From the NCBI GenBank assembly GCA_000002445.1, contig CP000066.1:704001-768000 (forward strand): a stretch of 64,000 nt of DNA, read 5' to 3'. Shown one piece after another: positions 20,157 through 30,432 of the stretch; position 1 is the stretch's first letter, and each line of letters begins with the position of its first letter. This stretch comes from Trypanosoma brucei (Eukaryota). The notes beneath the pieces were generated by a model that saw only the letters and a program-made list of their open reading frames with translations, made no database searches and was not told where the DNA came from. A program made the position numbers and the translations under genes.

Positions 20157-22166
20157 CTATGAAAAGCAAACGACGTTCAGCAGGATGACAAAAAGCATGT
20201 AAGAAACACCACCACTGTCCTCCTGTACTTGCCTACGTGGCTCCGGCGAGGATAATGGCTCGTATGCGGACAGAGCCATGTAGCGCAGGCCATCCCACGA
20301 ACCCTCCTGCCTTGAGTGAGTAGGCGTCATTGCATCCAGACGAGTAAACCCAATCTTCTTTAACACCTTGTAGGCCATTCGATCCCAATCCATGGACCGA
20401 TTCTGTGTCGCTCCCGTTACCGTGTAGTGTACAGTCGGTGGAGACAACCATATGGCCCACTCTACACACGGGAAGGCACATTTCGTTGAGCGGGAATCCT
20501 CCATCGCCTTGCTTCGGTAATTCTGATCCCACATATATTGTTGCCAATCGGTTTCTCCGGGGGCCGCAACTGTCGGCTCCGCGCCGAACGGGGGCCACCT
20601 CGTGTAGGGGCCGCGCAACAGTGTTACCTTCTGCTGCCTCCATTCCTCAGCGAATGCTCGCATCACCTCCACCCAATCTTTCGTCTCCCAAGCCTCGAGC
20701 AGATCCTCCATGCCCAGGTTCGTGACAAACACATTCACCGGTTCCTGAATGTTGTCAAGGAGTTCGACTAGCGCCTTCCTAGGCGAACTCGCACGACGCT
20801 CAGTAAGGTTATAGTTTATTTTTCTATATAAACAATGTATGACAGAATTGCCCACTTTTTTCTCCAGTGACTGGCAGTTTTTGTAATATTCGTTCACAAT
20901 GGCACCGCCCGCAAACAACACTACGGTCGGTTTCCCGCTAAACATCGACATCCGCCTGCAAATCATAGGGAAAGGATCCCTCCCCTCACCCGAAACAATG
21001 CGCAACCGGCAGGTAGTTGGAACCCAAACAAGATGACTGTTTAATCCCCTAGGGTCCGTAAGCATGCTAGGATCACCATAGCAATAGCGATCACCCTTCG
21101 TGCACTGAGCTGCAAGCGGGTGCGGGGACCCCAGTGGTGTACTGGAATCCGCCCCATCAAGGAAACGCACCCACTGACCACCTTCAGAGGTGTTGTAATT
21201 CGTAGATGCATTGCAGAGAGGCGGAAGAGCAGCCGTTGCCGGTCGGGGCGCAGGCACTACCCGAATGCGTAATGGACTTCCGTATACATGCCGCTGCACG
21301 TCACAGATGCTATTATACGTAAACACACTACGGGTTGTGTCATTTCCCCACCCGCTAACGACACCAAGTGTACGAGACCCCCAAGGCACACCTGTGTTAC
21401 TGTTGAGGTGTACCATCTTCACCTCCAAAGTATAATTGCCCGGGTCGGGGACTCGGAAACGGACAATCCGCGATACAAAGCTACCCGCCTTGCTCGCGTC
21501 CAATCGGGGAGTGGGCCGTATTACCTGGGCAGCAAGCACGCGGTTCTCGTTAAAAAGACGTGCAATGAATTCAACGTCATCAATGCAGGCTTTATTTTCT
21601 TTCGACTCCAGACATGTACCACATTGTTCCACTTCAACACTTTGACTCCATCCGCCTGCAGTTACCTCCAGTATGTCACTTGCTAATGGTAGCGAGGCAC
21701 GCAACACGAAGAGATATTTGTGTTCCTCGTTGAACCAATGGGAAAGCATATAACGCCCACATGCCGGATGAGGGTCCCGAAACATTTCATGGTACGTGAT
21801 CTGAGTGTGGAAAAAGTGATGAGGGCTCTGGCTATTCACTTCGTCGTATTCAAAAACGTGCCGGTTGTACAGCTGAGAGCATGTCATTTGCCGATAATCA
21901 TCGGGTGGCTTAACCATCCAGAAGCTTGCAGGAACCTTCGTTACGTTGTACGAGAACGGCCTAATAGACAAGGTTGGCGGAAGATGAGTTGTATATTCCA
22001 AACCCTTGTCCCTTCTCCTACTCACAGAAGGTTGCGGTTCTCCTTCAAGTGGATCTGGAGGAAGACTACGGTACGTTACCAACGTGATGAAGAAGGTTGA
22101 TAGTAACAAAACCACCAACAGTGCTGTGGCATTTATCCTAAACCCCAATAACCTGCCAATCATCAC
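20157..22166 (-). CDS. type II membrane / secretory-pathway glycoprotein (669 aa), Cys-rich lumenal domain; possible PC-esterase/SGNH-like fold with a degenerate GDS motif
   Basis: ATG ATG at 22161-22166. The N-terminal signal anchor is MMIGRLLGFRINATALLVVLLLSTFFITLV. There are many N-x-S/T sites and about 20 Cys. The segment HLVWVPTTCRLR...FSGKPTVVLFAGGAIVNEYYKNC resembles the GxWVxD...LRGKxxxFVGDSLxRNQ core of PC-esterase/TBL domains, but GGA replaces the catalytic GDS. Confidence 0.55.
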   Translation of the reverse strand: MMIGRLLGFRINATALLVVLLLSTFFITLVTYRSLPPDPLEGEPQPSVSRRRDKGLEYTTHLPPTLSIRPFSYNVTKVPASFWMVKPPDDYRQMTCSQLYNRHVFEYDEVNSQSPHHFFHTQITYHEMFRDPHPACGRYMLSHWFNEEHKYLFVLRASLPLASDILEVTAGGWSQSVEVEQCGTCLESKENKACIDDVEFIARLFNENRVLAAQVIRPTPRLDASKAGSFVSRIVRFRVPDPGNYTLEVKMVHLNSNTGVPWGSRTLGVVSGWGNDTTRSVFTYNSICDVQRHVYGSPLRIRVVPAPRPATAALPPLCNASTNYNTSEGGQWVRFLDGADSSTPLGSPHPLAAQCTKGDRYCYGDPSMLTDPRGLNSHLVWVPTTCRLRIVSGEGRDPFPMICRRMSMFSGKPTVVLFAGGAIVNEYYKNCQSLEKKVGNSVIHCLYRKINYNLTERRASSPRKALVELLDNIQEPVNVFVTNLGMEDLLEAWETKDWVEVMRAFAEEWRQQKVTLLRGPYTRWPPFGAEPTVAAPGETDWQQYMWDQNYRSKAMEDSRSTKCAFPCVEWAIWLSPPTVHYTVTGATQNRSMDWDRMAYKVLKKIGFTRLDAMTPTHSRQEGSWDGLRYMALSAYEPLSSPEPRRQVQEDSGGVSYMLFVILLNVVCFS

Positions 22167-22538
22167 CTCTTTGGTACCAAAATCAACCTTCCTCCACTAG
22201 AGGGAGGCTTCAACGAAGTATTCAAGGAGTCGACGCCAAAAAAAAAAAAAAAAGAAGAGGAAAACAGAGGAAAGGGGGGTTGAAAGTTACCCTTGAAGGT
22301 GGACGCACAACACAAATACACATACAGCAAAGCAGTGGCAAAAACAATAATAAAGTACAATGGTGGTGCATCGCACGACCTTAATGTTTCGAGGGGGGAC
22401 AAGGTTGGTACAACAGGACCCACTCAGATGTACAAATACCTGCTGCGTCGATTAAACGGTTACGAATACAAGGAAAAAAAATACAAGAAAATGACTGAAC
22501 CTAAAAATCCCCCCCTTCCGTTCTGTGAAGAATCGATC

Positions 22539-25500
22539 CTACGCAGCCAATTTGCCCTCGACGAGAAGGGCGTAGAGTTGCTGGTGTGCCTGCGCACCTG
22601 CAGCTTGAACAACGTCAGTGGCGGTTTGAAGCAGTAGACGGCGTCGCATAAGTGCACTTCGCCTCTCGTACAGGAGTTCTAAAAGCACCGGAACGACTGG
22701 ATGTGTTGGAAGGCCCAACTTCACAAGATGGCTGGCAAGCTCAACAATGAGAAGCAGATCCGCTTTCCAACTGCTAGTGGCCGTTTTCTCGGCACCCTCC
22801 CCCGCACTTTCGGATGTGATAACAGCGTATAAGATGTCAGCGCACTTCTCTACAAGCGTGACGTCATGCGATGGGTGGGTTCGAATACTGGATGAAAGGA
22901 AAACGTGGATATCCACGGGCGTGAGTGTTGACACGTCACTAGAGATTCCACCCAGTTCCCTCAGGGCAGATGCGGCGCTGGTTAATAGCAACGTCGTCGC
23001 TTTCGTGGCTGGCTCCGTATGCACTAAGGAAAAGAACTTCAGCAGCGATATGTACTGCAGCAGCTTGAAGAACACACCCGGTTGCTTCGCTAGCTCCACA
23101 GTACGCGAAGTCATCATAGAGATGACCCCATCTTCCAAGTCAACGTGGGCTACAGTAAAAGCCTCAGCTAGGGTTACGAGATCACTGATGCTGCAGTCGT
23201 CCACAATTTCCTTGAACCGCTTCCCCACCGCATCAAACAATGTCTTGGAGCGCACGCCGCACTGAACGAAGAGTCGTGTCAGCTCAGCAAATGCCTGGGG
23301 AGGGGCTTGGGGAAACAAAACCGAAGCGGCATGATCCGTCATGCAACGAAGAATATTATACTCGGTCGAGTTTTTCCTTGCGATGAGCTGCAGAACGGCC
23401 ATCATGGTTGACATGGAAAGCGCCGTGTGATGCTCGGCCATGTTCTGCAGAACCAAATGACACGTCGGGTCATTTGGAAATGCCTCTGTGAGACACTGCA
23501 AAACAAGCACGGCGTTGCCTGCCACGAGTGAAAGTGAAGCAGGGTCGCTCTGAAGAAGGTGACGGACCAATCCTAAAAACACCGGTTGAGCAGCCGTAAG
23601 GCACGCAGTTTGAACGCTCTTGTCCCATGCAGCGTTCACGCCACACATCACCAAACGGACGGCGAGCGGCAGGGAAAACTTCAGTTTCACATCAGCCACT
23701 CGGGCGAGTAGCACGCCAAAAAGATACTGATGAGTTATTTGCGCAGTTGCATAGCTCTCAATACAATCCACCACCTCCTCTGCGCTAAACAACTGCCGTG
23801 TTTGGATGGTGCGAAGGATATACGCCTTCATTACGCGATCACGTAACTCCCCGTAGACATCCTTATCCAACTGCGAAAAGCCCTTTAAGACAAGCGGTAC
23901 ATCCGACGATGGGCACTGCTGACGCGCCCGCAGAACCGAACCTGCCAAAGAGGAAGGAAGGTCAACCAAAAAGGCAAGATCCTCCGCTGGGAGGGAACCC
24001 CCAAGTCGCTGCAGCTTCGTTGCGATGCGAACCACAATCCCAGCTTCACCAGGCGTCAGTATGTGACCAGAGTTAGTAACACGCCGTAATATCGCTGCGT
24101 AGGAGAACTGACCACCGTCGTCAAGTTCACACAAAGTCTGCAGCGCTGACGTGGTCTCCTGAAGGGAAAAAGAAGAACTTAATGAAGCCGCTTCCTCCGC
24201 GAGAAGGTTACGCAGCGACCGTACAGTTTCGGTGTCGGTGGGTACATGATAGTTCACAAAACTTCTCAACACTGCCGACACATCACCGGCAAGCAGCAGA
24301 GGACTAACAGCCATCACCATCTCGAGATACAATCCCGTGAGGTTCTCCTTCCGTAGCTGGCATACAGCCGCAGCGGAGGTGAGTAATCGGGCCGCTATCT
24401 TGCTAAGGTGGCGACGCCTCGCCCCATCCTCTGTCTCTGTTGCACATCGCTCCTCCATTACTGCCACTCTCACTGCCGTGGCCAACTGCGACAGCAGCTG
24501 GGGCGAAAGATGGTGAATTGTGTGGGGTGTGCACATAACCACCGTCATCTCGCTAAGCGCCTGAAGCCTAAGCGCATCTTTGGAACGTTCTTCTTCACTA
24601 TTCTGCTGCTGCAGGAACCGCGTGAGCGCAGGGTCCAAAACATCGGTACGAAAGGCCTGAAGCTCTGCTGGCTCCGACTCGATCGTGAACTCGGAGACAA
24701 GGCGGAACAGAAGGTTTACGAGGGAAAGCACGTGAGAAGGGTTTTGTGTCATGACAGCATTGCTACCCCCTCGTCGGATGGCTGCCGCGACCGGCTTCAA
24801 GTGAGCTGCGACAACATCATTAACAACAATACTGCAGTACCGCTGCCATGAGGATCCTGGTAAACGTACTCGGGCGAGGTCACGCTGCTTGGCGCCTACG
24901 TGTGTAACGAGTTCATCCATCCTATTCACCGTCTCGAATAGCGAGGGGCCGTCACCTTCAGCGCCACCGCTACAAAGCAACGATTTAACAACAGTAGAAT
25001 GGAGGCCAACAAGCTGCTTGGCCACAGTTGCATCCATCCCACAGGACGCCGCGTACACAGTAAAGTTATGAACGCCCTGAAGGAGCTTCTTAGCTGCCTC
25101 ACACTCCGCAGTACCCATTGCACTAGACCTTTTAGCCCAGCTTAGCTGCCGGAGCGCACATTCCACAACACGCGGAACAAATAATGCCGTAACCTCCGAA
25201 AGTGAGCTTTCGACATCCGGTAAGGTGGCATTCGATGACTCCCGCTGTGTGAGAGGTTGGTAGCAACCAGCAAGCTGATACCGTTCTACGAACATGTCAA
25301 TCAGTACCGTTAAACCGTCCGAGAGGTAGTAATAAGAGCCTTCCCGCTCCAATAGTGCCAGCATTGATACAAGGTGGGCACTCAGCTTCTTTTCCTCTCC
25401 TCGCACAAGCAGTTCCACAGAAGTAGAGAAAGCCAAGTGCAGAACTGTTTCTAGCGGAACAGAGTTAGCCTTTGTAACATTCGCAGCAGCACCGCCGCGC

Positions 25501-27566
25501 TGTCTTTGCCGCTTGGAAGTGTTCGGTGCCTCGCCGTCACCATTTCGCCCCCGCTCAAGAAGATCTCGAATGGCCTTTGGCTCCTCAAGGGTTTCCAGCG
25601 GTGTCATCCCCGCCCTTGTGTCAGCCCGAATGCGAGCCTCGATTAATGAAGCACACTCAGATGTTAACATGGTAGATATCCTCGCGGGCAGTGGATCAAG
25701 AGCAAACGAACGCGAAAATAAGGAGGCAGCGTAAAGTACTTCAAGCACCTCCACGGCGCTGTGCCCCACGCATAAGCCGCTACTCAAGACGGCCTCGGGA
25801 CAATATCCAGCGGCAAAGAGCCCAAAGGCCACCTTCGCCCGCCGGGACCGTGGCTCTGCGTGATGTATAAGGGCGGGCCCCGAGGGATTGTCTCCAGAAA
25901 AAACTCCCGATGAATCACATGCGCCATTTCTAGTAAATTCCCTCCTCTCCTTAGTTAGTTTACACGAAAGCTTCTTCACCGCGGATTCGTCTGCTCGTTC
26001 GCAAAAGAGTGCGGCAGCTGTAACGACGGCCGCCCGAGTGGAATCGCAGAGGTCCTGCGATGGCAATGATTGAACCACACGGGCAACATCGCTCTTGCAG
26101 AGAACATCAATGAACATCAGGGGTCGTGTACCCACACCTAAACAGAGGTGCTGAAAGCTGTCTGTCATATCATGTTTCAGTCGATCACGCACAGGTGGCG
26201 GCAACGCTGCACTTGCCCCATTCAAGACAAATAAACCATTCAATAGATCGAAAGCGAGCATGTGTATGTCTCCAACGCTTATGCGTTGTAACTTTTCTGT
26301 CACGGCACTGTTAACACGTTTGATCGCAGCAGACTGTATTTGAGACGTGCAATCCTCCCACGATTTTTTCGTACGCGCCGAAATATGGTCATGATCATTT
26401 GCAATAGAGATGGCAAGAAAAAGAACCGCCAAGTCCACCACAACATCGCTAAGGGAATGTGGTTCATCGATACGGTTGGCCTCCACCACACCACTGGCAG
26501 CAGGAACAACGAGCTCATCAACCAGGCGCAGTGTAACGTCCCCAATCCATTTGCTATTCTCACCATCAGCATTTTTTTTCGCGGCAACTTTCCTCTTCTT
26601 TTCGACCCCACCAGTGGGAGGAGCCTTGGTGGACGGTTTGGCCTCCAGCTGATTTTGCCGCAACTCCAAGGACACCCAAAGTACCGCCTTCTTAATTGCA
26701 GCTGCAGCATCACGCTGTTGCTCTCTCGCTCTCGCCCCCGTAACCTCACCCTGCCACGTAATTACACAGTCAAGCAATTTCTCCATAATTTCCTGGTACA
26801 CGACAGTATTACAAAATGTACTCGTCCTATATACGCGCAAAAAGGCCATAAGTGCTTGTAACTGCTCCACGTTCCTTGCAGTTTCGGCAGCACCGTGAAC
26901 AATGACTCCCTCACGGGTGAGACATTTCTCTTCACATGCCCTCAATATGAGGTGAAGGGACGGGTACCTCTCCCGATATTTCACCGCACGGGCAATGCAA
27001 GCTCCGATTGTGGCTATTTTAATTGTACCTGGACCTTTAACACCTGTAGAGCCACGTGCGGGAGGGGTCACCACTTTACTCTCCACCTGCTGAGCCTCGC
27101 ACCCCTTCTCCGAATCCTCGAGTGAAGCATCAGCGCAGACCGCATTCCATTCCTCCACCACGAGGCGTGTGTCAATCTTCACCTTTTGTATTCGCACTTC
27201 ACTCGATGCGTCAGAACTACCAGCAGCCCCAACTTGTGACTCTTCCTTCGCCTTCCCACCCGATGAATTCCTCGGGCGACGTGATGAGACCCGCTTGTTA
27301 ACTGCAGGCACCGCCGTCGCAACCCCACTGGAAAGCTCCCCCGCCCTGTCAGCGAGCTCATCAACTATGGAAATGGTTTTCTCCTTTATCCCTTCTTCCA
27401 CCACCACTGGTTCATCTGATGGAGGCTGGCCAGTAGATTTGGGCTTGCGTCTTGGAGCGAATAGACGTACGGAGGTGCTAAAGAATCTGGCATTACTGTA
27501 AGGAAAACTTAGCCCACTTGTAAACTTGAAAAACACACGCGAACGACTACAAACACGCAATAGCAT
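22539..27566 (-). CDS. very large hypothetical protein (about 1675 aa), helical-repeat-like, with a mitochondrial-presequence-like N-terminus
   Basis: The ORF track starts at a TTG (27767) and reads through the PPT and a CA-repeat. The first ATG is at 27566 (cat 27564-27566): MLLRVCSRSRVFFKFTSGLSFPYSNARFFSTSVRLFAPRRKP, which is basic and hydroxylated with no acidic residues. The coding-strand PPT is at 27696-27812. Confidence 0.6.
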   Translation of the reverse strand: MLLRVCSRSRVFFKFTSGLSFPYSNARFFSTSVRLFAPRRKPKSTGQPPSDEPVVVEEGIKEKTISIVDELADRAGELSSGVATAVPAVNKRVSSRRPRNSSGGKAKEESQVGAAGSSDASSEVRIQKVKIDTRLVVEEWNAVCADASLEDSEKGCEAQQVESKVVTPPARGSTGVKGPGTIKIATIGACIARAVKYRERYPSLHLILRACEEKCLTREGVIVHGAAETARNVEQLQALMAFLRVYRTSTFCNTVVYQEIMEKLLDCVITWQGEVTGARAREQQRDAAAAIKKAVLWVSLELRQNQLEAKPSTKAPPTGGVEKKRKVAAKKNADGENSKWIGDVTLRLVDELVVPAASGVVEANRIDEPHSLSDVVVDLAVLFLAISIANDHDHISARTKKSWEDCTSQIQSAAIKRVNSAVTEKLQRISVGDIHMLAFDLLNGLFVLNGASAALPPPVRDRLKHDMTDSFQHLCLGVGTRPLMFIDVLCKSDVARVVQSLPSQDLCDSTRAAVVTAAALFCERADESAVKKLSCKLTKERREFTRNGACDSSGVFSGDNPSGPALIHHAEPRSRRAKVAFGLFAAGYCPEAVLSSGLCVGHSAVEVLEVLYAASLFSRSFALDPLPARISTMLTSECASLIEARIRADTRAGMTPLETLEEPKAIRDLLERGRNGDGEAPNTSKRQRQRGGAAANVTKANSVPLETVLHLAFSTSVELLVRGEEKKLSAHLVSMLALLEREGSYYYLSDGLTVLIDMFVERYQLAGCYQPLTQRESSNATLPDVESSLSEVTALFVPRVVECALRQLSWAKRSSAMGTAECEAAKKLLQGVHNFTVYAASCGMDATVAKQLVGLHSTVVKSLLCSGGAEGDGPSLFETVNRMDELVTHVGAKQRDLARVRLPGSSWQRYCSIVVNDVVAAHLKPVAAAIRRGGSNAVMTQNPSHVLSLVNLLFRLVSEFTIESEPAELQAFRTDVLDPALTRFLQQQNSEEERSKDALRLQALSEMTVVMCTPHTIHHLSPQLLSQLATAVRVAVMEERCATETEDGARRRHLSKIAARLLTSAAAVCQLRKENLTGLYLEMVMAVSPLLLAGDVSAVLRSFVNYHVPTDTETVRSLRNLLAEEAASLSSSFSLQETTSALQTLCELDDGGQFSYAAILRRVTNSGHILTPGEAGIVVRIATKLQRLGGSLPAEDLAFLVDLPSSLAGSVLRARQQCPSSDVPLVLKGFSQLDKDVYGELRDRVMKAYILRTIQTRQLFSAEEVVDCIESYATAQITHQYLFGVLLARVADVKLKFSLPLAVRLVMCGVNAAWDKSVQTACLTAAQPVFLGLVRHLLQSDPASLSLVAGNAVLVLQCLTEAFPNDPTCHLVLQNMAEHHTALSMSTMMAVLQLIARKNSTEYNILRCMTDHAASVLFPQAPPQAFAELTRLFVQCGVRSKTLFDAVGKRFKEIVDDCSISDLVTLAEAFTVAHVDLEDGVISMMTSRTVELAKQPGVFFKLLQYISLLKFFSLVHTEPATKATTLLLTSAASALRELGGISSDVSTLTPVDIHVFLSSSIRTHPSHDVTLVEKCADILYAVITSESAGEGAEKTATSSWKADLLLIVELASHLVKLGLPTHPVVPVLLELLYERRSALMRRRLLLQTATDVVQAAGAQAHQQLYALLVEGKLAA

Positions 27567-27695
27567 GACTTCCACAAGTGTGCCGCGTGTCTGTGAGGGT
27601 GATTCCCCTTTTCCTTTTGTTTCAGTTCTTACACACACACACACACCGCCCCTCTTCTCCTGTTTCGGTACTGGTAATAAATTTATGTGCACACG

Positions 27696-27812
27696 CAGGA
27701 GGAAAAGGAGGAACAAATGCAAGCAAAAAGAAAGAGAAACAAGAAAGTAGGAGAAAAAACTGAACAATCACCACCTAAATGGTGCCCCTGCCAAAAAAAA
27801 AAAAAAAGAAAC
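27696..27812 (-). promoter_or_regulatory. polypyrimidine tract for the 22539-27566 gene
   Basis: Plus-strand purine-rich block including A15. It lies within the spurious TTG-initiated N-terminal extension of the ORF-track ORF. Confidence 0.55.
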
Positions 27813-28031
27813 ACTCGCTGAACGAATCATGAGTGAATTCATTTAACAAAAATCGACGCATTGCCGTACAGCACATTGAGCATTGCGGCGAACGGCATCA
27901 CCGGGCCTCCAACACTCAAAAAGGAAGGAAAATAAAAAGAGGAATGAAAGAAAACACCAACAAGGAGGCCAACAACAAAAACAACAAACTTCAACTTAGA
28001 GGACAACCATTCACAGTGCTGTGGATACTCG

Positions 28032-29735
28032 TTAGCTCCCCAGCCGACCATGCCGCAACACCGACCTTACATCCGGAACGACCAACAGGGCCTCGAGCAA
28101 TGGCATCAGGGCAAGCAATACACCATCTCGCGTATCACCATTAGCGGCATCAGGCGAAGTAGGCGGTGCAAAGGGTGGAATAAGCAGTGCATTGTCACGG
28201 TTTGCCGAGACGCACTCCTCCGAGTTATCAATCATTATCATTAGCTCAGGAGGCACCTTAAGAATACGAATATCCTTAACAAGTATCATATCTCCTAGGC
28301 AACACGGTTTGCCGCTGGAAGCACCAACTGCCTGCCCGCCTCTTTCGGGTGTACTGGCATAAAACGAAGATCTCAGAGGAGCTGCAGGGCGAGCATCCGT
28401 AATCGTTGCGGAGCTGGACGAGGGAGTGCGGCAGTCTGAGCTGTTTCCAGGATTAGATTCCCTTGGAGTGAATATTTCAGACGCATCAGTTTGAGTTACC
28501 AACTGGTTTACAGCAAAGCGCCTCACCTGCCGACAGTGCTGTCGGTAATAACGACGCCCAATGCGGTGATCTGGGTCCAGACGGCGCAAGATTGAGTCCG
28601 CGTAGGGTTTTGTAGAGGACGTGAAGAGAACGAGGTTGAACAGCTTCGCTACCGTCTGAATAAATAAACGGACGTACGGTCTCTCCCATACGTGAAAGAG
28701 CTCGGCTCCAGAGGCCGTTGGAATCACCTCGGAAAAAGATGGTGGTTGACAGGAGGCGTTTACATTCGTTGACACGAAACACAGCGTCTCGTCCAGGTCA
28801 ACAATAAGAACCTTCTGCCGCGTTGCTTGATAGGACAACACGTGATGCGCGGTGATTGAGGCGATAGGTTGGGGTTGTGTCCTTGGCTCAACCTTGCGGT
28901 TAAAGTCCACCCGCTTGCTGCTCTCACGCCTGTAAACAACCGATGTCACACCGGGAATAATTCTACTAGAAACAGTAATGCCAGTGGGAGCTACACCACC
29001 AGAAAGCACGCGAATGTTCCTAGCCCTGGCTCCCAGTGTACCCTGCTGAGGGCTTGCAGAACTGCTGTACTCATCAGTGGTTAAGGTAATATCATCATCC
29101 CTCAGACCATGCCGAAAAGCTGAGCGGCTGCTGGCGTGCGGTGGCCACTGCGGTGCCGTGTGCCTCCCCGGAAGTCCCGATATGGTCGGCGGCTGGATGG
29201 GTCCCACGACGTTGCATACCAGATGGTACAAACTCTCAGAGTAGCAAAGGTGATAACACGGTGATACAAGTTTTCTGGTACGTGGATTTTGCAAAAGTAA
29301 TGTTACATCGCCCCTAAAGTGCCCCCGTACGAGGCGTGGTACCCAGCAGTCAGAGCCTATGTTGCTTTCACTGCAGTTTTCGCTGACTGACCCATCTGAC
29401 CGCTTCTCCCCATCATCTCTTCCACTAGCCGCCTCTGACTCATCGGTAACATCAAATGATATGTTGTATGCCTCTGAAGCCGAAAGTCCACTGGATGATG
29501 CACGCATTCCTTCACTGTTTCCGCTACGGCGATGGCGCACAAACATTGCCTTCCTCCTCCTGAGGGCCGTTAGACCTGGGGGATAACTTAAATGGCTTCT
29601 TCCAGTGAAGAAGCAAAACACAACATAAAGTGACTTGCCAATGTGCCGCCACGACTCCACACCATCCACTATGATCTGAATGAAAAAAATTATAAGCGGA
29701 GTAATGATGCTTAACAAACCCCGAACATTTAACAT
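28032..29735 (-). CDS. NIF/FCP1-homology HAD-family protein phosphatase (CTD small phosphatase / Dullard-like) with an N-terminal hydrophobic segment
   Basis: The catalytic DxDxT motif is in KVLIVDLDETLCF, followed by the FCP1-homology region (YVRLFIQTVAKLFNLVLFTSSTKPYADSILRRLDP...RDNALLIPPF). The N-terminal LLSIITPLIIFFIQIIV looks like a transmembrane helix. ATG at 29735; the exact start is uncertain. Confidence 0.75.
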   Translation of the reverse strand: MLNVRGLLSIITPLIIFFIQIIVDGVESWRHIGKSLYVVFCFFTGRSHLSYPPGLTALRRRKAMFVRHRRSGNSEGMRASSSGLSASEAYNISFDVTDESEAASGRDDGEKRSDGSVSENCSESNIGSDCWVPRLVRGHFRGDVTLLLQNPRTRKLVSPCYHLCYSESLYHLVCNVVGPIQPPTISGLPGRHTAPQWPPHASSRSAFRHGLRDDDITLTTDEYSSSASPQQGTLGARARNIRVLSGGVAPTGITVSSRIIPGVTSVVYRRESSKRVDFNRKVEPRTQPQPIASITAHHVLSYQATRQKVLIVDLDETLCFVSTNVNASCQPPSFSEVIPTASGAELFHVWERPYVRLFIQTVAKLFNLVLFTSSTKPYADSILRRLDPDHRIGRRYYRQHCRQVRRFAVNQLVTQTDASEIFTPRESNPGNSSDCRTPSSSSATITDARPAAPLRSSFYASTPERGGQAVGASSGKPCCLGDMILVKDIRILKVPPELMIMIDNSEECVSANRDNALLIPPFAPPTSPDAANGDTRDGVLLALMPLLEALLVVPDVRSVLRHGRLGS

Positions 29736-30432
29736 CAGCCGCGCGGGTGCAGACTAGGTGTAACCGGAGGCGAACCTATACGCTTTTGTCCCTAATATTT
29801 CCGTTTTTTTTCTTTTTGTTCCTGCTGTGCACTCGTTCGTGCCTGTAAGGTAGCACCAATTTGTCCGAGCGGGCTTATGAAAAAATAACAATAATAATAA
29901 TAATGCAAATTGCGCACGAAACACAAACGTACAATAGTTTTTTAAAAAAAAAAAAGAAAAAGTATTCAGTATTCAAACATGGCCGGGAGAGTACAGTAAA
30001 GACGTTAGTGTGCGTATATCTTTTGTGACGGCAGCACTCATGGGGGACATGGCGGCCCACAAGGTGATGAGCGCAAACGCAGGCAGCAAGAGGGGAACAG
30101 TAAAGAAGTGGAAGCAAATACACTGTTACTCGATTGTTAATACAAGTCTTTATACGTGAAACACCATTTATTATTTTTTTAAACTCATCTTCTCTCCACT
30201 TTTTTTTTTACGGCAACACCCGCCACCGCAGCGGGTCCGTCCCACTTCCCTTTAGCATACGAAAGAAGTGTGAAGAGGAGCGAAGTGGTACATTTTACGC
30301 AAAAAAAAAAAAACACCTTTACTTCCGTCGTGTGAATCCTTCATTCTCCTCCAAAAACTGAGTAGCCTACGCTTTGCTTTGCTTTGCTGAAGGTGTACAG
30401 GCCAACCGTTTATATCACTACTGACCTGCTTA

